Position numbers and translations under genes: made by a program
Shown: in pieces, positions 1 through 7,647 of the stretch
Position numbering within the stretch: the first letter of the stretch is position 1
How the letters are laid out: each line of letters starts with the position of its first letter
The notes under the pieces: model-generated
What the model was told of the DNA's origin: nothing
What the model saw: the letters and a program-made list of their open reading frames with translations, nothing else
Database searches by the model: none
Assembly (NCBI GenBank): GCA_937128055.1
Contig: CAKZMC010000198.1
Coordinates: 1-54,408 of the forward strand
Source of the DNA: an uncultured Actinomycetes bacterium
GTDB lineage: Bacteria; Actinomycetota; Geothermincolia; Geothermincolales; RBG-13-55-18
Length of the DNA: 54,408 bases
Direction: 5' to 3'

Positions 1-7
1 CCTTCAT
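1..7 (-). CDS. Extreme 5' end of a minus-strand gene running off the left edge (product unknown)
   Basis: Reverse complement of 1-20 reads CAAGGAGGTGTCC-ATG-AAGG: AAGGAGG Shine-Dalgarno 5 nt before an ATG at 7..5. Only about 2 codons lie inside the window. Confidence 0.3.
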
Positions 8-162
8 GGACACCTCCTTGCTCTGCTTCTTTTACTACAAAGCAAGTATAGGGGGTGTCCACCATGTTTCTGAACCTGGACACGTAGTTGCTGGATCGGG
101 GAGGGGGCTGCCGGTAGGTGCGATAGGCGGTTCTGCGGCGAGGGCCGGAGATGACAGGATTT

Positions 163-191
163 TTACCGCTTGCGGGGAAAATATTTATAAT
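163..191 (+). promoter_or_regulatory. Candidate sigma70-type promoter for the first L,D-transpeptidase gene
   Basis: Perfect TATAAT at 186-191, weak -35 (TTACCG, 163-168) with a 17-nt spacer, about 90 nt upstream of the ATG at 281. Confidence 0.3.
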
Positions 192-230
192 GATGGCGCA
201 GGGCGGGGGGATAATGATGGCGCAGGGCGG
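187..230. repeat. 24-bp tandem duplication (2 copies)
   Basis: ATAATGATGGCGCAGGGCGG occurs at 187-206 and again at 211-230 (20/20 identical, period 24). Each copy carries an ATAAT -10-like core. Confidence 0.9.
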
Positions 231-280
231 AGGTAAGCCTGGGCACGGATAAGGACCTGAGGTAGGAGACGGTTCAGGAT

Positions 281-1333
281 ATGGTCTTCCGGCTTAACGC
301 GGCAAGCGTGATCCGCCACATGGTCCTGGCCATGGCGATGTTTGTCTGCGCCCTCCTCGTTTTGGCGGGAACAGCCCTCTTCGGCCTGGACGTGGCCTTT
401 GCCGGCCACGTGTTCAAGGGCGTCTACGTGCAGGGGATAAACGTCGGCGGCTTGAGCCGCGCGGAGGCGCTTGAGAAGCTGAGGAGCCGGCTCGACCTGG
501 AGGCGCTCAACCGGGACCTGGTGCTCGCATTCGACGGCAACACCTGGCCCCTTTCCCTCTACGAGATAAACGCCTATGTGGACCTGGAAGCAACGGTGGC
601 GAAGGCCATCTCCGCCGGCAAGCAGATACCCTTCTATGAACGCTGGGCAAACAGGGTGGCTTTTCGGGGGTTGGACAGGGACGTGGGGCTGGTCGTCCGC
701 TACGATAGCCGCAAGCTGGAGGCTTTCCTTTCCGAGCTCGAGTCCACCATCGACCGGCCGGCCATAAGCGCGGAGATATGCCTGGAGGGGAAAAAGCTCG
801 TCTACCAGAGGTCCCAGGAGGGCTGGGACCTGGACATGGACCAGGCGCGTGAGGCCATCGTGGCCGGGCTCTACTCCACGCGGCGCACGGTCGAGCTCAC
901 GATAGAGGTAACCGTCCCGCAGGTGTCGGACGAGCAGGTTGGCAAGGTGATAGTGGTGGATAAGAGCAAACACCGCCTCACCCTCTACAACAACATGGAG
1001 ATCGAAAAACAGTACCCCGTTGCCGTAGGCATGCCTTCCTGGCCCACGCCCAGTGGCACTTACAAGGTGATCTCAAAGCAGAAGAACCCCTCCTGGGTGA
1101 ACCCCGGGACCTCGTGGGCTGCCACCATGCCCCCCTACATCCCCCCGGGTCCGGGGAACCCGCTGGGAACGAGAGCCATAGGGACCAGCGCGCCCGGCGT
1201 CTTCATCCACGGGACTTACAGCTCATGGTCCATCGGTACCTCGGCCTCTCACGGATGCATTCGCATGTACATCAAGGACTCGGAGGACCTTTTCGAGAGG
1301 GTGGAGATAGGGATCCCGGTCCTCATCTACTGA
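281..1333 (+). CDS. L,D-transpeptidase (YkuD domain) with N-terminal membrane anchor
   Basis: 350-aa ORF. Hydrophobic N-terminus (MVLAMAMFVCALLVLAGTALFGL). C-terminal YkuD signature ...FIHGT...SHGCIRM. Confidence 0.9.
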   Translation: MVFRLNAASVIRHMVLAMAMFVCALLVLAGTALFGLDVAFAGHVFKGVYVQGINVGGLSRAEALEKLRSRLDLEALNRDLVLAFDGNTWPLSLYEINAYVDLEATVAKAISAGKQIPFYERWANRVAFRGLDRDVGLVVRYDSRKLEAFLSELESTIDRPAISAEICLEGKKLVYQRSQEGWDLDMDQAREAIVAGLYSTRRTVELTIEVTVPQVSDEQVGKVIVVDKSKHRLTLYNNMEIEKQYPVAVGMPSWPTPSGTYKVISKQKNPSWVNPGTSWAATMPPYIPPGPGNPLGTRAIGTSAPGVFIHGTYSSWSIGTSASHGCIRMYIKDSEDLFERVEIGIPVLIY

Positions 1334-1688
1334 GAGGCGGCGCGTTGCGCGGAAAGACCTCCCTCGCGTCCCGGCCACGCCAAGCCCTTTCTGCCGCTGT
1401 TCTTTCGCGACCTGCGTCGCTCCAGGCTGCGAATTCGCATTGGAAAGGCCGGAAGCGCGACATGCGCGCGCCGCTCCGGGGCGGGAGGTGCGTAAAGAAG
1501 CGGGCTGCCCCTGTCGAGTTATAGGGTGGGATCGCAGAGGCGTTGCGGAAGACGGGTTTCATGTCCGGTTACGGTGCAGGCGGGCACTTGAGGCGCTGCG
1601 GTTATAGGCCAGCAATGGTAGCCACGGCGAAAGTTGCCATATATTTCCCGATATTGCAGGGTATTGAATTTCGGAAGGGTAGCCGGCC

Positions 1689-3749
1689 TTGAAGAGAACG
1701 CTTATCCTCGTTGCTGAGCTGACGCTTCTTCTGCTGGGGACCGGTATCCAGGCTCACGCCGTGGATCCCGGGATCACCGTGGGTAGGGGAGGGAGCCTGC
1801 CGCTACCCCGGCACCTCTCCGTGCTGCAGAGGCCGGAGGATGCCGGAAAACGCATCGCCCTGACCTGGGAACCCGTCGCGGGAGCCTTCGGATACCGGGT
1901 CTACCGCGCGCAGGACGCGGGCGGTGAGATGGTCCCGGTGGGGGGGAAGGCAGCCGATTCCATGCGGGAATACCCGGTTTTCCTCGACGAAACGGCGGAG
2001 GCGGGGAAGGGATACTATTACGCCGTGGCCAGCGTGGATGGGGAGATGCGAGAGGGGGTCCCCTCCCGGAGAGTCTTCGCTTTCCTCGCTCCCGCCGCGC
2101 AGGCGGCGGGCGGGGCTAAGAGGATGACCTGTTCCCTCACCGACCAGCGCATCTATTTCTTCGAGGGCGACCAGCTGGTGAACGTGGTTCGTTGTTCCAC
2201 CGGCCTCGGCAATGCCACCCCTGCTGGCAACTTCCGCATCCTGAACCATTGCCGCGTACACGGGGGCTTGGGGGGCGTGACCTTAGACTACTGGATGGGT
2301 TTCACCTCCGCGCACGGCATGCACTCCTGGCCCCGGGGTCTGCGCAACTACGAGACCGGCCTGGGGGCGCCGGCGTCCCACGGCTGCATACGCCTGCACC
2401 CGCTCGAGGCCTACTGGCCTTACTACTGGGCTCCCGACGGGACGCCCCTCCACATAACCTACGCTTCTTTGGCCAGAAGGGTCATATCGGGGTGCCATGT
2501 CACCATAGGGGCGGCGCAGCTCTCCCGGGACTGGTATTTCGCGGAGGGCTACACATCGGAGGGGTACGACACGTACCTGTTGCTCTCCAATCCGGGAAAC
2601 ATTGCCACGGGCGCCCAGGTCACCTACCACCGGGAGGACGGTTCGGTGGTGGAGCAGGGATTGTACCTGGCGCCCCACTCGCGCCTGACCATCGCCGTGG
2701 ACCAGGTACCCGGCATGGATGCCGTGTCCTTTTCCGCGCACGTCCGCGCCGGCGAACCCATCGTAGCCGAGCGGGTGGTGTACTTCGCTGCGGGGTCGCG
2801 GGATGACGGTACCGCGACCATCGGGGCGGCGCATCTCTCCCGGGACTGGTATTTCGCCGAGGGGTGCACAGCCCAGAAGTTCGACACATACCTCCTGCTC
2901 TCCAACCCCGGCGATACCGCTACCGAGGCATGGGTCCATTTCATGCTGGAGGGCGGGGGAACGGTTGATTTCCCCTATCTCCTGGCGTCCCACTCGCGCC
3001 TGACCATCGCCGTGGACCAGGTACCCGGCATGGATGCCGTGTCCTTTTCCGCGCACGTCCGCGCCGGCGAACCCATCGTGGCCGAGCGGGCCATGTACTT
3101 CCAAAAGGGCTACATCGGGGGAGGACATGCCTCCATCGGAGCCACGCTGCCCTCCACCAACTGGTATTTCGCGGAGGGATGCACCCGTCAGTTTTTCGAG
3201 GATTACCTGACAGTGGGCAATCCCAACGACGCAGGCACCGTCATCCACGTCGATTACCAGCTCCCAGACGTAAACGTCACCCATGATTACTGGGTCGGCA
3301 GCCGCTCCCGGCTGACCATCCCCGTGAACTCGCAGGAAGGGCTCGACGGAAAGGACGTGGCATGCAGCATAAGCTCCGATCTCCCGGTGGTGGCGGAAAG
3401 GTCTATGTATTACGACCTGGACAGCCACCGGGGCGGCCATGCCACGCTGGGCTCCGACCATGCTTCCCGGGATTGGCATTTCGCCGAGGGTTATACTGAC
3501 CAGGCCTTCGATACATACCTGGTCCTCTCCAATCCGGGAGACATCGGGGCGAACGCCGGCCTGGAGTTCTACCGCGAGGACGGAGCCGTATTCCACTTCG
3601 CTGCCTATGTCGGTCCGCACCGCCGCGTCACGGTGCGCGTGGATGACCTGCCGGGACTGGAGCGCGCCGCCTTCGCCATCGCCGTACATTGCGACCAGCC
3701 GGTGATGGCCGAGCGGGCTATGTACTTCGTGATGATCCGCGGCTACTGA
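1689..3749 (+). CDS. Secreted L,D-transpeptidase: signal peptide + Fn3-like segment + YkuD domain + four ~105-aa WYFAEG repeats
   Basis: 686-aa ORF, TTG start with GGAAGGG RBS. Signal-like MKRTLILVAELTLLLLGTGIQAHA. LTWEPVAGAFGYRVYRA...YYYAVASVD resembles Fn3. YkuD catalytic motif SHGCIRLH. Four C-terminal repeats follow. Confidence 0.88.
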   Translation: MKRTLILVAELTLLLLGTGIQAHAVDPGITVGRGGSLPLPRHLSVLQRPEDAGKRIALTWEPVAGAFGYRVYRAQDAGGEMVPVGGKAADSMREYPVFLDETAEAGKGYYYAVASVDGEMREGVPSRRVFAFLAPAAQAAGGAKRMTCSLTDQRIYFFEGDQLVNVVRCSTGLGNATPAGNFRILNHCRVHGGLGGVTLDYWMGFTSAHGMHSWPRGLRNYETGLGAPASHGCIRLHPLEAYWPYYWAPDGTPLHITYASLARRVISGCHVTIGAAQLSRDWYFAEGYTSEGYDTYLLLSNPGNIATGAQVTYHREDGSVVEQGLYLAPHSRLTIAVDQVPGMDAVSFSAHVRAGEPIVAERVVYFAAGSRDDGTATIGAAHLSRDWYFAEGCTAQKFDTYLLLSNPGDTATEAWVHFMLEGGGTVDFPYLLASHSRLTIAVDQVPGMDAVSFSAHVRAGEPIVAERAMYFQKGYIGGGHASIGATLPSTNWYFAEGCTRQFFEDYLTVGNPNDAGTVIHVDYQLPDVNVTHDYWVGSRSRLTIPVNSQEGLDGKDVACSISSDLPVVAERSMYYDLDSHRGGHATLGSDHASRDWHFAEGYTDQAFDTYLVLSNPGDIGANAGLEFYREDGAVFHFAAYVGPHRRVTVRVDDLPGLERAAFAIAVHCDQPVMAERAMYFVMIRGY
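2500..3746 (+). repeat. Four tandem coding repeats, period about 315 nt (~105 aa)
   Basis: Each unit reads G-x5-(D/N)W(Y/H)FAEG(Y/C)T...F(D/E)(T/D)YL...NP...SR(L)T(I/V)xV...P(I/V)(V/M)AER(A/S/V)(M/V)Y(F/Y). Units 1 and 2 share a 91-nt perfect DNA identity (2674-2764 = 2989-3079). Confidence 0.95.
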
Positions 3750-3771
3750 GGGAGCGGGGGAGGACCTCGCT

Positions 3772-5139
3772 TCAGTCGCGCCGATGCTCCTCGCACGCGC
3801 TCTCGACCCGCGCGAGGTAAGCGTCCATGTCGAACTTGCGGCGCAGGCCGGCCGCGCTCATGTAACGCACCTTTCCCAGGACCTTCCTCTCCGCGAAAGG
3901 CCGGTCGTGCTTGCCGAAGCACCACAGGACGCCCGCGTAGCCGTTGGGATCGCGGCCGTCCAGCTCGTAGCGGTCGTTGAGGTAAAGGGCGATCCGCAGG
4001 GCTTCTTCCGGCGAGGCCGTCCACTCCAGGATCTTTTTGCCCCAGTACATGCGCATGTAGTTGTGCATCCTGCCCGTGACGGCCATCTCCTTCTGGGCGG
4101 CGTTCCAGAAGGGGTCGTGGGTGCGCGCTTCCTCCAGCTCTTGCAGGGAGTAAAGGTATTCCCTCCGGTCCCCGGAATGATCTTCCAGGGTTTGTCGCGC
4201 CCACGCCGGGAGGGCTTCCAGGGAGTCGTAGGAGGGATTATAAAAGGCGAAGTTGACGCTTAACTCGCGGCGCACGATGAGCTGTTCGAGGAAGGCTTCC
4301 GCTCCCGGCCCGCCCCGCGCCCTCACCTCCAGGGCGACCTGCAGGGGGGAGATCTGCCCGAAATGGAGGTACGGGCTGAGCCCGGAGGTGTAGTCCAGCT
4401 CGGGGTGACTGGAGAGGAGGTGGTAACGCTCCAGTTTTTCCCGGATGAAGGAACGCAGCAGAGCCTTTGCCTCGGAAGTCCCCCCAACGGGGGATTCCAG
4501 GGGCAAGGGGGCCTGCGCCGGGCGGAGCTCGCTTGCCAGCCGCGGCGGATCCGAAAGGTCAAGGCCCTTCAGTTCGTGGTCGGGATCCGGGCGCTTCAGC
4601 TCTCGAGCGGCGAGGGGGACGAGAAAGGCGTCGAGCGCCCTGGCCAGCTTCGGCCGGAAGGTGGCCGCCGCGTATTCCTCCTTGGGAGATGCCGTCTCCA
4701 CCGGCACCACGACGTCGCTCTCCACCTGTATCACGGGGCAAGGCGCGCGGCGGGCCACGTGTGCTCGCCACCTCCTCTGCGCCCGCAGGTAACCGCGGTC
4801 GATAACCAGCAGGGCGGCATCCCGACACAGTTCCAGTGCCCCCTTTTCCGGTGATGTCCTGCGCGCCACCAGCGGGATGCCCCTCTCGCGCAGGGAGGCT
4901 TGCACCTCCTGCAGGCCCTCCAGCATGAAGGGGTAGTGCCGGATGTTGGCCCCCGGGTATCTTTCGCCTATGCCGAAGAAGACGACCAGGGGCAACGCCA
5001 GCTCGTTGGCCCTTTCCACGGCGTATTCCAGGGCGTGGTTATACTCCGCGCGCTGCGAGGCCTGCATCCAGTAGAGAACGTAACCCCTCGCTTGCGGAGA
5101 CCCCGCCTTGAGGATCTTTACCCTTTCGCGCTGGATCAT
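3772..5139 (-). CDS. phr: Deoxyribodipyrimidine photolyase, class II CPD type
   Basis: 455-aa ORF with class II photolyase-like C-terminal block (WNAAQKEM...TGRMHNYMRMYWGKKILEW...NDRYELDGRDPNGY). AGGAG RBS before the ATG. Confidence 0.9.
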   Translation of the reverse strand: MIQRERVKILKAGSPQARGYVLYWMQASQRAEYNHALEYAVERANELALPLVVFFGIGERYPGANIRHYPFMLEGLQEVQASLRERGIPLVARRTSPEKGALELCRDAALLVIDRGYLRAQRRWRAHVARRAPCPVIQVESDVVVPVETASPKEEYAAATFRPKLARALDAFLVPLAARELKRPDPDHELKGLDLSDPPRLASELRPAQAPLPLESPVGGTSEAKALLRSFIREKLERYHLLSSHPELDYTSGLSPYLHFGQISPLQVALEVRARGGPGAEAFLEQLIVRRELSVNFAFYNPSYDSLEALPAWARQTLEDHSGDRREYLYSLQELEEARTHDPFWNAAQKEMAVTGRMHNYMRMYWGKKILEWTASPEEALRIALYLNDRYELDGRDPNGYAGVLWCFGKHDRPFAERKVLGKVRYMSAAGLRRKFDMDAYLARVESACEEHRRD

Positions 5140-5425
5140 GTATCTCTCCTGCCTGCTCCCACCGGTGTCAACACCATGGGGTCGGACCCCTTTCGTTGCC
5201 TTTGCTTGTTTCTTCCAGCCATGGGCTCAGGCGTACGGTCTCGCCCGGCGCCACCTGCTTGACCCGCAAGAAGGAACGCCCGGAAAGCCGCGCTCGCTGC
5301 GGCCGACTCCCGCGCCGGTTTCGCCGCCTTCATGGGCATGCATGATATCCACTGATGTATAAGATGCGGGATACCCGTATGAGATGCGGGAACCTACCGT
5401 AATCGAGGCAGACTTCGCCATGGAA

Positions 5426-6397
5426 CTAGAGGTCCCTGCCCTTTCCGGAGTCGCTTATCAGCAAGAGCTCCTCGGGATAGGGGCGAAAATATGCCTGCTC
5501 CGCGAGGTAGGGCTCATCGAATCGGGCGATCCAGGAATTGACGATGAGCACCGGGGCGCTCAGCGGGATCCTCCCTTCCCGGTATTTCTGCAAGGCCTCG
5601 AGGAAGTGGGCCTTTTCCCGCGCCGATAGATTTTTGGAAAAATATCCCAAAGAATGCATGAGCACGTTGACGTTGGAGGTGTAGCGCGGGGGCCTGGCCA
5701 GCGCCCTCACGAATTGCTCACGGTAAAGCGCGAAGAGCTCCCCGGCCCGCTTCCGGTCCGCGTTGGCCACCAGGCGCCCCAGCGCCTTCAGCGCTGCCTG
5801 GTTGTAGGACATGAGCAGGAGCTTGTGGCGGGCATGGAAATCGACCAGCGCTCCCACCGTCCCCTTTGCGGCGGCTTCACGGAGGCGGGCGTGCGCGAAG
5901 AGGCGGGTCAGGAAATGCTCCCGCAGCCGGAAATTCTTCAACCTACCCTCACTTTCCGCGGGAAGCAGGGGAAATCTTCGGAGCACCTCTTCCCCGAAAA
6001 AGCCGGGACCCTTGTCGATGGCGCCGGAACCGCCGCCTCCATAGGGAAATATCTTGACGTCGCCTATGCCGCAGGAGGGCGAGCGCGCCTTGAGGAGGAA
6101 GCCGTCCACCTCCCCTAGAGAGCCCAGGAAGGAAGCGCAGAAGGAGTGCATCTCCCGCGTGACGTCCCTGCCGGTGGCCGGCTGCACCAGCCTGCGCTCG
6201 CCCTTCAGCGACTCGATGTGGATGGGATCGCGGGGAACGCCCAGACCGATCGCCGCTTCGGGGCACTCGGTTACGCACTCCACGTGCGTGGCAAGCAGCT
6301 CCACGAATTCGTCCCGGATGATCTCCCCGTTCCAGCGGCAGTGTTCGAATCCCAGGCACCTGCTGAGTACCACCACCGGCTTGCCAGTTTCCGACAT
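5426..6397 (-). CDS. DUF523 (TudS-like Fe-S thiouracil desulfidase family) fused to DUF1722 (YbgA-like)
   Basis: 323-aa ORF. N-terminus VVLSRCLGFEHCRWNG...CPE...SPSCG is a Cys-rich DUF523 pattern. The C-terminal half resembles YbgA/DUF1722. AAGAGG RBS. Confidence 0.75.
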   Translation of the reverse strand: MSETGKPVVVLSRCLGFEHCRWNGEIIRDEFVELLATHVECVTECPEAAIGLGVPRDPIHIESLKGERRLVQPATGRDVTREMHSFCASFLGSLGEVDGFLLKARSPSCGIGDVKIFPYGGGGSGAIDKGPGFFGEEVLRRFPLLPAESEGRLKNFRLREHFLTRLFAHARLREAAAKGTVGALVDFHARHKLLLMSYNQAALKALGRLVANADRKRAGELFALYREQFVRALARPPRYTSNVNVLMHSLGYFSKNLSAREKAHFLEALQKYREGRIPLSAPVLIVNSWIARFDEPYLAEQAYFRPYPEELLLISDSGKGRDL

Positions 6398-6432
6398 CTG
6401 CGCCTCTTTCGCCTATGCCCCGCGGCGGTCGA

Positions 6433-7392
6433 TCAGGACACGACCACGCAGTTCTTGCCCCTCTCCTTTCCCTCGTACATTAGCGAGTCAGCCCTGGAAA
6501 CAAGATCCTCGGGAGAATCCACCTTGCCGGCCAGCGTGCCGCCCACCGTGATGGTCACTTTGAGCAGGTGGTCTTTCATGTGCAACCCTGACTGCTCCAC
6601 CAGCAGGCGCAGTTTCTCGCCGACGCGGAGAAGGTTTTCCCGGGTTACGTTCACCACCAGGGCCAGGAATTCCTCTCCGCCCCACCTGCTGACCGTGTCG
6701 AAGGAGCGCAGGCTTCTTCTCAGGGTGGCGGCGGTCATCCTCAAGACCTCGTCTCCCACCTCGTGCCCATGGCTGTCGTTGATCAGCTTGAAATCGTCCA
6801 GATCAATGTAAAGGACCCCGAAGGACCACCCGTACCTCTCCATCTCGCCCTTGCGGAAACGCAGGTTCATCTCGCCGTAGCGGCGGTTTCCGATGCCGGT
6901 AAGGGGGTCCAGGAGGGCCAACTTCTTCAATTCCTCGATGGTGTGGAGGCTGTCCAGGTGCGACGTAGCGTCGCCGAAGATCTCCACCGCGCCGATCACA
7001 TTACCCCTTGCGTCCCGGATGGGGGACACCTTTACCTGCACCGGGACACGGTGGCCGTTCTTGTGGTGCAGGTAGAGCATCTCCTCCCTCTCGAGGCCGT
7101 CCTTGAGGGTCCTGACGGCAGGGCAGAGGTCACTATCGCACAGGCGGTTGCCTCTTTCGTCCACGTGCTCCAGGATGTTCTCCCGGCAGTAGCAACCCAC
7201 GACCTCCTCAGGCCGGTAGCCGGTTAGCCGTTCCGCGCCGTGATTCCAGTAGGTGATGCTTCTCTCGCGGTCCAGGAAATAGACGCCATCGTACAGATTG
7301 TCCAGGAGTTGCTTGTAGAAACCCTCATCGTAATGCATAGCGCTTCCTTTGCTCTCCAGGCTCCCAAGAAAGTCCATGGTGATTATACCCAC
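6433..7392 (-). CDS. PAS-domain diguanylate cyclase (GGDEF)
   Basis: 319-aa ORF. PAS-like N-terminus (ITYWNHGAERLTGY). Intact GGEEF with an RSFD (RxxD) I-site five residues upstream. Exact start among several Met codons is uncertain. Confidence 0.88.
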   Translation of the reverse strand: MGIITMDFLGSLESKGSAMHYDEGFYKQLLDNLYDGVYFLDRERSITYWNHGAERLTGYRPEEVVGCYCRENILEHVDERGNRLCDSDLCPAVRTLKDGLEREEMLYLHHKNGHRVPVQVKVSPIRDARGNVIGAVEIFGDATSHLDSLHTIEELKKLALLDPLTGIGNRRYGEMNLRFRKGEMERYGWSFGVLYIDLDDFKLINDSHGHEVGDEVLRMTAATLRRSLRSFDTVSRWGGEEFLALVVNVTRENLLRVGEKLRLLVEQSGLHMKDHLLKVTITVGGTLAGKVDSPEDLVSRADSLMYEGKERGKNCVVVS

Positions 7393-7647
7393 TTCCGGGC
7401 CAGCGGATGCTGCGAGGGATCAGTTCGCTATTTGCGAGTCCCGAGGATATACGGCACGGTGATTTACCTGAAGAAAGCGGGGGACTGCCCATATGCCGAT
7501 CGCGCCGGCTTTGCTCGTGGCTTGATCCTGGAAGGGCTTGTGTGCCTCGATACGCTGCAAGGCGAAGATCGGCCCGAGCGGTCAGCCCAAGTGGGATTCT
7601 CTCCCTCTTTCATCCTCCGGACCGGTGCCCCACCGCTTCGATGGAGT

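Noticed and set aside
185-973. Long antisense or out-of-frame ORFs overlapping real genes. Examples: 185..973(-), 2283..3689(-), 8281..9435(+), 10951..12186(+), 16274..17290(-), 18575..19546(-), 20700..22439(-), 26285..27580(-), 30078..31685(-), 41002..42846(-), 47351..48895(-), 49736..50968(-), 52269..54299(-).
   Set aside because: Their translations are Arg/Pro/Gly/Ala/His-rich low-complexity strings with no family motifs. Each overlaps a gene with clear domain signatures on the other strand or frame. This is the typical shadow-ORF artefact of high-GC DNA.
2500-3746. Possibility that the regular repeats (here, at 52960-54206 or at 19861-20093) are CRISPR arrays.
   Set aside because: The 315-nt periodic repeats are in-frame protein repeats. 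The intergenic repeats are about 60-110 nt hairpin modules without unique spacers of constant length. No cas genes are present.
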